This document shows, in pieces, positions 49,111 through 62,726 of a DNA stretch of 64,000 nt. Numbering within the stretch: the first letter of the stretch is position 1; each line of letters starts with the position of its first letter. This DNA comes from Chiloscyllium plagiosum (Eukaryota): NCBI RefSeq assembly GCF_004010195.1, contig NC_057711.1, forward strand, positions 73,987,511-74,051,510, written 5' to 3'. The notes beneath the pieces were generated by a model. It worked only from the letters and a program-made list of their open reading frames with translations, ran no database searches and had not been told where the DNA came from. Both the position numbers and the translations under genes were made by a program.

Positions 49111-49865
49111 ATGATCTCTGGATCATTTGTCCAATGATAATATCACGACATCATTGCCTTCCCTTACTGATTGATGTTTTGAGGCCTTTGTGACTAATGA
49201 ATAAGTTGGTGAACTGTTAGTTGACACCAGGGTCCCTTTCAAGATGTTTGCCATTTTGAAAGTGTAAAGTTAGGTGGTCTACGCTTATCAATGGTCTCCA
49301 GCAGCTTGCTTAAAGAGAATATTTAACCTGGGACAAAAAATAAAAAAATTACATTGTGGAGGGTTGAATGGATGCTGAAAATAGAGCAGCAATTACTAAA
49401 ACTTTCAATTCTATTAAGTGCAAACCACACACACGTGTCATATAAATAATTTCAAACTTTTCATCCATCTTAGCTGACAGCAATTAGGGAAGCCTTTAAT
49501 TATTACTCACCTCAATCTCTCCATCTTTCATTTACATCTCCAATTCCTCCTCCTCTCTTTCTGGTATTCATACTTATTGAGATAACTTAACTAAATTGTG
49601 TGCTTAACTAAGAGGTAATTAAGAAAGGGAGGTAAAAGTTATAACAAAATGCAATAATTACAGTTTTGAATTTCTGTAAAGCTGTACACTTCAGAATGTG
49701 GAATGTCTTATTAATGTAATTACTAATTAAAAGCCTTAATCATGGCAATATCATGTTTGGATGGTTGTTCCTTGAAATTTTCCTCATGGTAATACATTGC
49801 ATCCACTCTGACCTATGTAAAAGTATAATCTGCTGATTTGGAATGAGACTACTGAATTAAAATGG

Positions 49866-50160
49866 TGGGCACGGTGGCTCTGTGGTTAGCACTGCTGCCT
49901 CACAGCACCAGGTACCAGGTTTGATTCCCACCTCAGATGACTGTCTGTGTGGAGTTTGCACATTCTCCCCGTGTCTGCATGAGTTTCCTCCCACAATCCA
50001 AAGATATGCAGGCCAGGTGAATTGGCCATGGTAAATTACCCATAGTGTAAGTTATTAGTTAGGGGTAAATGTAGGTTGGGGCAATGGGTCTGGATGGATT
50101 ACTCTTCGGAGGGACTTGTTGGGCCGAAGGGCCTGTTGTCATTCTGTAGGGAATCTAATC
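49866..50160 (+). mobile_element. HE1-type V-SINE (tRNA-derived head, V-core, CR1-like tail)
   Basis: A-box ggtggctctgtggttagc, B-box ggtttgattccc, core gtgtggagtttgcacattctccccgtgtctgc, tail gggccgaagggcctgt...aatctaatc. Confidence 0.9.
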
Positions 50161-50259
50161 AAAATGGATTTTGTATAATTTTTACCCTCTTCCTCTCCTT
50201 AGAGTGTTAATATAAACTGTAGGATTACTAATACTGAGAAGCCAGACATTTGGCAAAGA

Positions 50260-50520
50260 AACCAGATTGGACTGATCTAATTCCCACGTGATTTTTGTTT
50301 GCAGAGGTTGCGTAGAGACCTGAAAGTTATTTCCTGTCTCTGCACAGACCTTCAAAGAGTTCACTGCAGCCAGCTCCAGTTTTTGTATGCCCTGTAACAT
50401 CTGGGAGTTGATTGGCTCATCATAGCCTGCAGTGCTTAGTCAATCAGAAAGAAGGCTAGTCATAAATGACCTCACTGGGTGTGGTAACAGTATAAATACA
50501 ACCTCAAACAGCTAGCCTGT
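50260..50520 (+). promoter_or_regulatory. Putative annexin A1 core promoter
   Basis: TATAAATA at 50491-50498, inverted CCAAT (GATTGG) at 50410-50415 and ~50264, AP-1-like TTAGTCA at ~50436 and TGACCTCA at ~50467, all upstream of a strong splice donor. Confidence 0.65.
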
Positions 50521-50585
50521 TTTATTTGTGATTTTCTCCATTCCTGAAGGGGTGTTTTAAGTTTACAGGATTAAATAAGCAGTTG
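50520..50585 (+). other. ANXA1: Putative non-coding exon 1 of annexin A1
   Basis: Starts ~25-30 nt after the TATA box (the TSS is approximate) and ends at donor TG|GTAAGC (50586). Vertebrate ANXA1 has a short untranslated first exon. Confidence 0.6.
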
Positions 50586-53500
50586 GTAAGCATTAACTGT
50601 CTACATTATAGCCTTGTTTTGATTTGAGCCTAAAGCTCTTAAGTATTAAAATGCTGGCAGTGTTTAGTCTTTTGTAGTCTGATTTTGTTTTTGTCCTACT
50701 GTCACCTGCAAGGGTATTATTTTAATTTAAGCTTGAAACTAAATGTTTCTTACAGGGGCTTGTGCAAAAGATCTGTTTTGACTATGCTGTCAACTTTTCC
50801 TGTATGTTTAAGTGATTTGCAGGGTTTTTTTCCCTGTGAACTCCATCTTTTAGTTATTTGAGATTATTCGAATGTTTAGTTGAAAACTGGATTACTACAA
50901 TGAAGAGCAGAATAATACCAGGTTTGGGGTGGGATAAGGAATGTTGTATGACAAGATTTTAAGCATATTCTTTGAATCTGGACTTAATTTTCTTTGTCAC
51001 TTACGTGATCTGAACCCTTTCAATGCTGTGCTGAAAGAAACCTCTCCTATAGAGTAGTGTTTTCCCCTCAAACCAGGAGCATTAATGAAGGCACCTTCTG
51101 TTTCAAAGATGCTGGGTTGGTTTGAACAGCTGGCTTGCTGCCTATTCCAACTGAAGCAAACCATGGAATCTCATGCAAAAGTGTATTTATTACTAGTGAG
51201 CTGGATCTCCTCCCAATTTAGATTTCAACTTAAGTATTTATGGAAGGTGGAATACAAGTTTTTAAAATTAATTTGTCTTACATAACTCAGTTGCTGAGTG
51301 TTTTTAAATGCAAGTTTATTGGCCTCAAGCAATCAACTGTGTACTTTTCATATGGCGTTGACTGACTAGTTTCTGCAAACTTTGTTTAATTCCCACAAAT
51401 TTTTAAGTCTCTGTCCTGCACAGTATACTGTCATGACTTGGGTGTTCCTCACTATTCCTTTATCCATTCTGCGTCACAAGTCTGGCACTCCTACCTAATA
51501 GCATTGTGGGAGTTTATCTATGACACAGTACAGATGTTAAGGAATGCCCATTACCATCACCTCAAGGACATTGGAGATGTATAATGTTAATCTGGTTTTG
51601 CTGGCTATGCACTCGTGAGCTTTTAAAAGCAATAGTATTTTATCTAATCTTGCTGCAATGTTTATCTATGTATTTTGGACTTGTATTCAAATCTACAGAA
51701 ACTGTAAAGATTTGAAATTCATGACTTAAAACAAATTCTTCCTAATCAATGTAATATGTTGTAACTTGTTTAAATTGGATCTAGTGACAAAAGCAGTTAT
51801 AGATGTGATGTTAACTTAACAAGTAGTGTTTTTAAAGCCCACTAAAACAAAGTAATGGTTAGCCATTCTGTATGGTTATGCTGATCTCCACCTCTCATTG
51901 GTAATCATTACCACCCCCAGTCAACAAGAACAGCTTCTATTTATTGACTTTGAGAACCATAAGATGAATGGCTTGTCATAACTTTGTTTGCGTCAGTCGA
52001 GTAAACGTGCCATCTATTTTAGCCCCACTTTCCAACACCTGGTCCACAGACATGTAGGTTACAATAATTTGGGTGAGGATCCAGGTTCCCTTTTAGTTTT
52101 TTGTGGTTGAAGCAAGAACAAACCTGGATGATGAATTCTGGATATGCATCATTCTCTGGAATGTTGGGAGATATTAAAATTTGAGAATGTAGAACCCAAA
52201 ACTGGAGTGCACATATTTCAGAATGTTGTAACAAATAAGAGGCTACTGAAGAATTTAAATTATTTTAGCATATTAAAATTGAACTGTTACTCAACTGGTA
52301 ACTAGTGGAGATAGTTGAGCACAAGGTGATGGGTGAATGGGATTTAATGAGTTGAAACATGGAGTGTTTTAAGTAACACTTGAGTTTAGAGGAAGGAATG
52401 TATCAAATGGACCATTTCAGTCTCCTGTCTTCTCTACCATTTGATGAGCTTCAATATTATTACCCTGCACGATGTCTGTATCTCTAATTTGGATTATTTC
52501 CAGAAACTAATCTAACTCATGAATGCATTTTGAGCTTTCACAGCCCTTTGGCATCGAGAATTCCTAAGTTTCACTTCCATCTAAGGTTGGTGGTAGATCA
52601 TTACAATCATTGCTTTGGTATAGAAAAACATGACATGAGCAGAATTTCCTCCGATAAGATGAGGCAGACAATAAGCATTGCAGTATTAGAAGGTAAAGGC
52701 AGTCTTGGTGGCAATACAGGTATGATTGATACTTCATCTGTTAAGAATGTCAGTTTACAAATTATAAACCACAGCCACCAGGCAGGGTGATGGTGTTAGT
52801 GAGGGAATGAAAGTTGTGACGATTGCTAGAATCATAAAATCTGTTTGCTTGGTACTGGATGTTGAAACAAGTTATTTTAGACTGTTGAGGGGATGGAGTG
52901 AGATGATGATTTGGGTAAAGGTGGGTATTGTATATCAAAGTTGCCACCTTAAAAGAGCTTTGAGGAGAAGAAACAAACCATTGAGAATTTCAGTTGTGCT
53001 TTGTGCATATACTGTATATTTAATACAGTCCTGGAGTGTGGAAAAGGTAAGATTTGCAACCCTTGAAGTAAGCAAACTTTTCTCTATTCTCTGAAATGGT
53101 GGTTGACACATGCACACCTTTTAAAGATTGTGATCCTGGTTTGAAGTGTTCAGCCAAGGGAAACCATCTCAATGCAGTGTCTACCCTCTTTAGCCCCTCT
53201 GCATTTGTTTCACAAGAATATTTTAAATTCAACTGCAGAGACTGCACCTGTAGGACAATCCCTTATTTCCTGGAATAGTCCTAATGAAACCTGCTGGAGA
53301 AACTCAGCAGATCTGGCATCCTCTTTCAGGAGAAAAACTTTCAGGTTTGATTATGGCTCTTCAGGGTTCTGTGCAGGTCCTATTGGACTTGCAAGTTGCA
53401 ACATGCTCTACGCTCATGACAGATGCTGAGTTCCTCTAGAAGATGTTTGCTTTCATAGTTCCAATGAACTTTTGCACTCCCACCTAGGTAGTTTTTGAAC

Positions 53501-54699
53501 ATTACTCCAGTTGTGATCCTGCCAATGTCCTTAAAGATAGTGTTACTCATACTCCATTCCTCTGGTTTTATTGATAGGCTGCAGATACTGCAATGCAAGC
53601 TAGCTGTTGTGTATAATGACACAGTTTCTGAATACCATCAAATCAGTCTCTTTTTTTTTGCCAGAAACTGAACTTGTTCAGCCATGAATCCTTCTTCAAA
53701 AAGAACACACCAATGACTGCAGAGTTCTGCAGAGAGTAGCTTGCCTCATCCTCACCACCCCACCAACCCTCAATCCCTCAAACAAATCTGCCCAAGTATA
53801 AGGCATATGCTTTGGGGTATGATTTGAATACTCCTCACTGCCTGAGTGTAGTTCCAGTCGCAAAGCTCAACCGCATCCTGGATCAAACGGTCTGACTGGT
53901 TGACTCCTTGCCCCTCAAGCATAGCCTTCGACATTCACTCCCTCATTCGTAACACAACCAGCACGGCATTATCTGCAATATGTACTGTAGCAACTCTCCA
54001 GGGCTCCTTCAACAGTAAATCCATGACCTCTACTACCTAGAAGGACAAGCGGGTGCACTGGAACATCACAAGCTGCAGGTTGCTCCAAGTCTCTCAGCTA
54101 TCATAACTTGGCACTATATAACTCTTAATTCTTGGGTCAATATACTGGAACTTCCTACTCCTTGGAGGCTGCTTCTACATCAAGGATGGCAGTGGTTCAA
54201 GAAGGCACCACCACCTTGAGTTTTTAAAGATCAGCAATAAATGTTGGCCTAAATGCACCATCCTCAATGTCTATTAAATCTTTTTGTACTTCACTTTTTT
54301 AATGATTTTTGCCTTCTTAACAAAGGCCTGTTGGCTTACAGGATAGAGTCCAGCAATCTTAAACTTCCAAGAGTCATGAATGATCACTGCCATGTATTTC
54401 ATATCCAGGGTAACACGACACATGTGTGGTTCAAGAATTGCAGACTTCCACTTTTAGTTCTTGGCAGTTTACGTATGTGTAAGTAATGAACAATAGTAGA
54501 ACAGCTACTAGGCAACACCTTATGTGGCATGACTTATCTAAAGAATTTAGGTGGAAGTGAGCCATTTGCCCCATTGGGGTCTGTTGTCCCTTTTATCATG
54601 AGTGCAGTCACTCATTTTTAACACGCTGGCAATAAATGTTTTTGGCTAGAATGTCAACAATGGAGACAATTATTTAAATCCCTGGTTTCTAAATGAAAG

Positions 54700-55410
54700 A
54701 CTTAATTTGCCTTGTCCAATGCCTTCAAATTTGGTCAACATTACACCTGCGATACAATCTGACACAGGTGGAAAAGTGAGGAGGATACAAACAGCTGAGA
54801 GTGATATAAGTCAGCAAACAGTTAACAAACATTAGGTGGGAAAACAAAGTTTTCTTTGAGCAAGAAAGAGCTGTATATAAATGGAGAAGCTGCAACATAA
54901 GGGAGTTGTGTGTAATTTTGCATAAAACACAAAGCTAGCACATTGGTGCAGCAGGTAAACTGGGAGGCTGGAATATTGGCCCTCTTATTTTAAGGGGTTT
55001 AAGTTTAATTTGAAAGGTCTTACTGCATTTATACAAGGTGCTGGTGAGACCACATCTGGAGTATGGAGCAATTTTGGTCTCCTTCTTCTTTAAGAAAATA
55101 TTATTTCATTGGAGGCACTTCAGCGCAAGTTTATTAGGATGATTCCATGTATGGAGGGACTCTTGTGAGCAAAGCCTGAACAGATTGGGTCTCTACTTGA
55201 TTTCAAAAGAATGAGAAGTGATCTCATTGAAATGTAAAGCATTCTTAGGGGCTTGATATGGTGATTGCTGAGGATGTTTCCCTTCATGGGAAAGTCTAGA
55301 ACCAGGGAGTGTAGTCTCAGAATAAAGAGATGCCAATTTAAGACTGAAGAATTTTTTTGAAGGTTGAGTGTTTGGAATTCCCTGCCATGGAGCTGTGGGG
55401 CATGAATGGA
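54700..55410 (+). mobile_element. Degraded CR1 3' fragment in ANXA1 intron 1
   Basis: LYKVLVRPHLEY..QFWSP and RMRSDLIE motifs. Confidence 0.75.
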
Positions 55411-55582
55411 CTTTTAAAACTTCACTTAAATTCAAGTTTGTTTCAATGTTTTTTATTCTTCATTAAAATACTCATACAGCAATACTCATAATTTTCTGCT
55501 AGGGTAGAATTGACAGATAATTGAATTTCACTAATGGTGGTTACACTTAAGTAAAATTTTCTTCCAATGTTGGTGCACTTTA

Positions 55583-55892
55583 TGGGGTGGCATGGTGGCT
55601 TAGTGGTTAGCACTGCTGCCTCACAGCACCAGGGTCCCAGGTTCAATTCCAGCCTCAGGCGACTGTAGAGTTTGAACATTCTTCATTTGTCTGAGAGTTT
55701 TCTCTGGGTGCTCTGGTTTCCTCCCATAGTCCAAAGATGTGCAGGTCAGGTGAATTGGCCATGCTAAATTGCCCATTGTTAGGTGCATTAATCAGAGGGA
55801 AATGGGCCTGGGTGGATTGCCCTTCAGGGGTCAGTGTGAACTGGTTGGGCCAAAGGGCCTGTTTCCATACTGTAGGGAATCTAATCTAATTT
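55583..55892 (+). mobile_element. HE1-type V-SINE
   Basis: Same architecture as 49866: ggtggcttagtggttagcactgctgcctcacagc...(AATCT)n tail. Confidence 0.9.
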
Positions 55893-56528
55893 TAGCCAGC
55901 TGTGGCTTTTTAGCCATCTTTAACCTCTTAAGGCTGAAAGTGGCACTTGTTAGGATCAAATGGAGTATAAAAATCCTCTGAACTGCAGCTATCAAAGAAC
56001 TGCCATTCAAGTGAACTCTTTACCTCTTATCTCTTCAGGTGGGAAGTTAAAAGATTCCCATGAGACTGTGAAGTGCAGTTGAGTTAATCCAAATGAGTCA
56101 TTTTGCTTCCAGTTTAATGCTTTTTAGTTAATTGCTGAATTCCCTACACAACTAAAGGCCTCAAATCTCCTGATCTGGGGTGACAGAAGCTTCACCATCT
56201 TGGTGGCTAGTGTCAGCTTTAATCTGAGAATAGAATGAGCTGGCTTGTGCACAAACATGTACACATTTTATACAAATGTACTTGAGCAAGATGGCATACT
56301 TATGGGTGTGTGTAGTTGGCACTAATTTTGAGTGATTGTTCAAAACATTTTATTTTTCATTGGGGTACTGACTTGTGTACTACTTCAGCTAGTTAACAGT
56401 TAAACCCTCCAACCACTACAACTGAGGGTAGCTTTTGATAAATCTCTCTCATCATGAATGTATTTCAATTTGGACAGTTATTAAAAATGACAAATTATTT
56501 TGGGTTTTTTTTTGGCAGGCCTGATAAA

Positions 56529-56579
56529 ATGGCATCTAACCTCGTCAGTATATTCCTGCAGCAAGCAATGCAATCTAAT
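56529..56579 (+). CDS. ANXA1: Annexin A1, first coding exon (MASNLVSIFLQQAMQSN)
   Basis: Acceptor ttttttggcag|56519, ATG at 56529, donor GTAAG at 56580 (phase 0). Resembles the ANXA1 N-terminus MAMVSEFLKQA. Confidence 0.85.
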
Positions 56580-57552
56580 GTAAGTTTTTTTTGATACTTT
56601 TTTTGAATCCTCTTTTACAATTGCTTTTAGTATCCTTTTATGCACCAGGAGCAGTAAGATTTATGCTATCACTGGGTAAGTTCACGAATTGTGAATGGGA
56701 CAGACCAAATAGCTGCTAAGTTTTAGGGAAGACTTTCTGATTTTTAAACTTTGCTATATGTACTTTGTTTTATTATGTACCTATCATTTTGCTAACCCCA
56801 AACATTGGAAAAATACTGCAGACCACAAAGTCTCTCTCTTTAGGATGAGGGTCAAAGCATAATTTTTTTTTTTCTAGCTTTCTCTTATATCTGCTGAGTC
56901 ATACACTTTGAATTAACTTTTTTTTTCTATCTAATGGAACTTTAATTTCTAATTGGAAGGTTTTTTTGAAAACTGTGAAAAGGTTAACAGGCAGCCAACT
57001 GAACAAACCATTGTTATCATTACTACCACAAGTCAGATTCCAGAACTAAGTCTGGTTTGAAGGATTATATTGTTTTTACATTCATGTGATGTTTGTCAAT
57101 AAGGCATTGTCTCATTTTTGTTAATGATACAAATTTCTGGATTAAAAACCATACTAAGCTGTCTAAATATAGGTGTTTAGGAAGATCAAAAACCACCAGA
57201 AAGTACTAACCTTCCTGATATTACAGACTACAGTACAAAGAAAGTTGTGCTCCATATACAGCTTGCAATACTATGTAACTGAGTCCCAGTCTATCCTCAA
57301 ACCCTCCTATCCTGGCAACATCCTGTATTTCATGACACTCAGCAAAATGTTTTCCCCAGTGAATAAAGGGATTCTATCTAAAGGATGGACCACCTGCAGT
57401 GGTCAAAAAATAATATATACAGTGATAAGAACTGGCAGCAGATAAGGGGGAAAATTGATCTTATGAAACTAAATGGACAAGTCTGAAAATGACCAGTTTC
57501 TATGACTTAAAGTCTGTGGAGTGGAACTTTTGGAAGATGTAACTGGGGAATT

Positions 57553-58283
57553 AACATATATATTTGAGTAAAAGTCAACTTTAAGATATTTTTAGAGCTG
57601 AAATTAGGGGGTCGACTATTACATGAGTATTGTTTTTGAGGGGATAAAATTTATACTTGGCATGAATCAAAAAATGGACAAATGAGCCAGATGTCTATAT
57701 AAATAAACAACAGAAGGAGAAGGAATTATGGCTGCTATTGAATATTTATCTACAAAATAACTGTCTCCATTTTGCCTGCTACAGTAGAATGGTAATGTCA
57801 TACTGTATTCCAGTTACCAGTGCTATAAAGTGCATGTAGGTCTACACATTCCATATATATTCAAGTAATAGTTGAATATTTTTTGGCTACTTTTTATGGT
57901 TAAATTTACGGGGCTGTCTATTGCAGGGATACTTCATTAGAGGGGCTGAAATTCAAGTTCGTCAAAATTCATACCATACTATTAGCAGAAGCCAAAGTGA
58001 TGTGTAAATGAATAAAGGAAAAAAAAATGCAATTACAGTAATTCTGAACTCTTGGAGTGGAGTGTGACAGCTGGTGGACTGGAAGACCTGATATGGAGTA
58101 GTATGGCCAGCAGACTGGAAAGCCAGAGTGGAGTGCAACAGGCAGGCACACTGACTCAAAATGTTGACCTGCTATCTGAAGAACTAGGGTCAAATTTTAC
58201 ATGGAGTATATGGAAAAGTCCAGATTTTGACCAAAAATAGGAGGTTGCCTTTTACATCAAATTATACTACTGTATATACAGTA
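57553..58283. mobile_element. Probable Tc1/mariner-pogo (Tigger-like) non-autonomous element
   Basis: Degenerate termini catatatatttgagtaaaagtcaac ... gtatatacag-TA, with internal gggtcgactattac subterminal motifs. Confidence 0.5.
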
Positions 58284-58419
58284 ACAACAATGGGGACCAA
58301 TTGAAGATTTAAAATTGTTTTAATGGTAACAAATGCTTCTTCCTCCTCCCACCTCTCCTCCCCACCTCTCTCTGTCCCTCCGCCTTTTCTTCCCCTCCTA
58401 CCCCACTGTTTCTTTCTGT

Positions 58420-59990
58420 CTCTCTTCTACCACCTCCCCCGCACCCCTCCCCCCACCATCCCTGGAATAATATACATAAGGTGTTAATGGAGGGGTGGGG
58501 GAGAATCTTGAATCTATTATGAGGGGGCAAAGTATTTGATAAACTAATGGGACTACAAGCAGACATCCCTCGGACTAGATAACCACTTGTATCCTAGACG
58601 TAGTGGAGATATTGGGCAAAATATTCAGAACTCGCAGGATTCCAATAGTTTAGAAAATGTTCTTTGGGGGTAGAATGTGCAGTTGCCAACGGGGAACTAG
58701 TAGACTGAATATTTTCTGGAAATTCAAAGGTGCCACCTGAGATTCTTGAACAAGAAAAGATGTTGGACATCTTCAATTCTTCCTTCCATGATCAAACTGT
58801 GGTATTTACTGCCAAAGATGTTTCTCTTTTTTGTTTTCCCCCTAGATTCTACACCATTTCTGGCCTATGTGCCTCATGGTTCTGGCTTATTCAACAAGAG
58901 AAAACACTCCCTGCATCTTCTGTCTAGTTCTATTAATTGTGTCCATCCAATTTCCTCTCTCTCCTGAACTTTGACTGGGCCTGTATTTGCTAATCTCTCC
59001 TCATGACAATTCCTGATACCAGTCTAGTGAACTATTGCTGCACTGTATGGTCACTATATGCTCTTTTTGGAGGGAAGACCAGAACTGTGTACAATACTGA
59101 GGCCCTGTATAACTGCAGCAAGCTAGCCATATTTTTATCTTTTAATCCCCTTGCTATGAAGGTACTCTCCTTTTCTAATTGCTTGTTCTATCTGCTTGTT
59201 TACTTTCATTGGTTTTCAAGGACATTTAGAGCCCTTTGTGCAGCCATGGTTTCCCACATGAGTTGGTATATGAATATATTGTGGATATATGCCAAGTGTT
59301 TGCCCGTGCACAAATTGGCTAGATTGCTCTGAATTCTACTTGTATCCTCATGGTCAATCCCACAAAAGACAGTTGAATTAAAAAAGAAATTTAAGTTGGA
59401 AAGATGTAACTAGTCCATGGCCACAAGAATCAGTCCTAGGACTGCAACTATTTATTGCTTACATTCTTCCTTGGGAGTAAAATTACTGTATCCATATGCT
59501 GATGAACAAATAAGTGGGAGGGAATGTTGAGGAGGACAGTGGAATCTGCAAGGGACTATAGATGGATTGAGTGGGCAAAAACTTGGCAGTTATTAATGTA
59601 GGAAAGTGAATTTATACAATTAGGTGGGATGAATCAAAAAGCAGATTTTATTTAAATAGACTAAAAATCTGGCTGTCTGTAAATATTACCATACAGGCAT
59701 GTAGGTTATGGCAAATTAATTTTTGGCCCTTGTTTTAGATGGATTGGGAGTTTAAAAAGGACATGTGTTGCTACACTGTATAGGATGCTGGTTGTTTTTC
59801 CACACGTACCTAAACAGTGAAAAGCTGAGTCTTGTGCAATTTTGGTCCCTGCTTTGGGGGAAAAAGTACAAAGGCTATTGAAGATTCACTAGGGTGATTC
59901 CTAGAATGAAGGGGTTGACTGTTTAAGAACAGCTTAACAGGTGTGACCTTTGAGTTTAGAAAAATGAAGGTGATCATTCCTACATTAAGA
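58420..59990. mobile_element. Old CR1 fragments in both orientations (ANXA1 intron)
   Basis: Degenerate CR1 RT motifs (YADE, QFWSL, LE..K..GD-like) and CR1 3' UTR-like sequence. Confidence 0.55.
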
Positions 59991-61844
59991 TTTCCTAAAT
60001 TAAAATCCCTCTGCCCAATTGTTTTGCCTACTTAGTCAACCCATCCCTATGACATTGCAGATTCATTGTCACCTTCACGTTTCCTCTCTCTTTCCTCATT
60101 GGAGGGCCTAACTGCTCAAGAAACTTCAATATGACAGCGTCTGTGGAAAAAGCAGAGTTAATGTTTCAAATCTAATGACCTTCATTTTTTTTTTTCACCC
60201 GTGTTGGGTGATTCTGGATTCCTTTGTACTTTCAAGTTATAGTCAGGAATTCTGGAAGAGAATTTCATTATTTCCAAGCTTAATTGGTTGGCAACACATT
60301 GTCAAAGCACTTGAAGGCTTAGTGTGTGTGTGTATATATATATGAATTTGATTAGAGATCAATATTTACATAGTTCAGAAATGTCAAATCTCAATCTGGG
60401 TTTAGATCCTAAATTTCTAATTGAACTGCCACAAAATTCCATTATTCCCCTAAACACAATGTTTTCTCCTTGGTTTCCCTAAAGTTAACACTAACCCTTG
60501 AAGGGGCAGTAGACTCAATACCGACTATTTTCTCTCCATAGATGCTGCCAGCCCTGTTGAGTTTCTCTAGCATTTTGTCTGATCTGTTCTGTTTACTTCA
60601 GGGAAGCAGGCCTACTGCTCAATCTTGGGGAGTATTCAATGCTTAAGTTCTTATATTTGTATCTCAGGCTTGAAATTTGGAAGGCAGAGCATGACTGCTT
60701 CTCAATTACTATAGTTACATTTTGCATATGTTACTACTTTGTGCACTACACACAACCTTTGACCATTTCAATGTTTCATAGGAAAATAACAAGCCATGGA
60801 TATCTTCCTTTGCCTAGATTTTCTCTTGTCCCAGTGACCCTTAAGCTGCTTAATTCTAATTGTGCATAACCATGTTTGGGCATATGCATTTGGAATTAAC
60901 AGCTGCCTCTGATACAACACCCAGCTTGAGTGCTTCCCATGTATTCATCCAGTCAGTGATGTAATCTGCCTGACTACATCAGGGGACTAGTTCCTGATTC
61001 TTTACATTGAGTTAAGTGTGGTGTCATTGGGAGAAAGTAGTGTACAAAGTTTTGATGAATAACAAATAAAACTCAGAACAAATATCAATTCTTCTCGAAG
61101 CTGGTACGAGCAAAGATGGATCCTTACCCTCCCTTGATTTCTAAAGTTTAAGTTGCTTAGTTATCATGGGTTCACCATATTTTATTCTGAGTTGCATTGT
61201 CCTCTAAATGGGCAAGCCAGGCTTTGTAGAACTGTCTGCAAAGTAACTTTTTGACTTCAACTTTTTTACATAAATGTTTTCATTCTGTGCAAATAAATGA
61301 ATTGTTTGCCATTTTGGATATCTTCATGTATCAGTTTTCAGTGGTTGGAAAGTGATGAAAGCAAGATATCACTTCACTTTAGCCCAAATTTAGAAATGGA
61401 GCTAATAGACATAAACCTGCCATTTAGATGGAAAGACTTTGCCACCCCTGACACCTGCAGTGTTGACGAGCATAAGCATGCTAACAGGTGCACAGCCAAT
61501 TTCAATCTCTTCCATGCCATAAGCTAACAACATTTGCCCTCTATCTTATGAACTGATAAACTAGTGAAATCTTTTTGTGAAATATCATGTTACCCCCTAT
61601 AATTGGATCTTCCTAGAAATGTTACCTTTTTCTGGGCTTGAGTAGAAGCCAAACAATCTGCCTTGGGTAACTATATTGTTCAATGTAATCTGAATTCTGA
61701 CCTAGTTTGGGAAAGAGAATGCAAGTATATAACAAATTTTGTTTTTATGTACACTATATTAAACAGCAAATTAATAGATATTGTAGATATTTTTGATTAT
61801 GAAATCATTTTCCTTTCTTTCCTTCCTCATTCTTCTCCGCTCAG

Positions 61845-61938
61845 TACCCTTCCCCCAGTGGACCAACAGTTACTCCATTTCCTAACTTTGACGCAAGTGC
61901 TGATGCTGCTGCATTAGATAATGCACTCCAGGCAAAAG
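61845..61938 (+). CDS. ANXA1: Annexin A1 coding exon (YPSPSGPTVTPFPNFDASADAAALDNALQAKG)
   Basis: Long polypyrimidine tract + cag, 94 nt, donor AAAG|GTAAG (phase 1). Encodes the start of annexin repeat I. Confidence 0.93.
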
Positions 61939-62345
61939 GTAAGCAATAAATTTCCTATTTCTCTTCCAGGGCAGAGTTTTTGGTAACATGCTAAAATTAG
62001 CTGTCATTAATTCAATTGCTGTTGATCTGAATATTTAATTCTACGTAGCATGTTTAGAGTTAGTTTTAATAGCTGAAACCTGGGAACCCATTGAGTGAAC
62101 ACTTGAAATTGCATGTTCCAGGGACAAATGCAATACTTCACACTCATTGATCATGGTTTCCATTTCTAAACCAAAGGAACTTTCTCCCAAGCCCAGCAGA
62201 TGTGTCTGCTTTAATAAAGGGCCAATGTTCCCAACAACACACGGAATGGGTTTATTTTGTACTTTATATTTCTGTAACCAGTCTATCTAATGTTTTATAG
62301 ATGAATGGGAATGGCTGACTTTTTTTCTTTTGTTTCTTTTTCTAG

Positions 62346-62440
62346 GTGTGGATGAAGAAACCATTATAAACATCCTGACATCCCGCAGCAACTGGCAGCG
62401 TCAACAAATAGCAGCTGAATATCAACGAAGTGTAGGGGAG
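62346..62440 (+). CDS. ANXA1: Annexin A1 coding exon (GVDEETIINILTSRSNWQRQQIAAEYQRSVGE)
   Basis: 95-nt exon with the canonical annexin size and phases, GVDE motif, and tag|...|GTCAG splice sites. Confidence 0.96.
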
Positions 62441-62612
62441 GTCAGCTCTGCAATGTCATGTTTTTCTCTAGCATTGGAAATGTTGAATAAGTTGTTCTTG
62501 TGCTTGGAAAAGCTAACTCTTGAAACCAGTATTTTGATTCCTTAAATTGTTTGACATGTCTAAATTTTATTTTTTTGAATGATATTTATTTTAATTATTT
62601 TTATTTCTGTAG

Positions 62613-62726
62613 CAACTGACAAAGGTCTTGAACAGGAAACTGTCTGATAAACTGGAGACTGTGGTCCTTGGCCTGATGAGAACACCTGCTCAATTTGACG
62701 CCAATCAGCTACGTGATGCTATTCGG
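62613..62726 (+). CDS. ANXA1: Annexin A1 coding exon (QLTKVLNRKLSDKLETVVLGLMRTPAQFDANQLRDAIR)
   Basis: 114-nt phase 0/0 exon with the ANXA1/A2-type TPAQFDA motif. The gene continues past the window end. Confidence 0.96.

Noticed and set aside
1..49800. Exons of the expected upstream neighbour gene (ALDH1A1 in other vertebrates)
   Set aside because: No aldehyde dehydrogenase-like exon was recognised by eye on either strand; a translated search would be needed to exclude small exons.
49866..49940. tRNA-like sequence (also at 55583)
   Set aside because: It is the tRNA-derived head of a V-SINE, continuous with the SINE core and tail.
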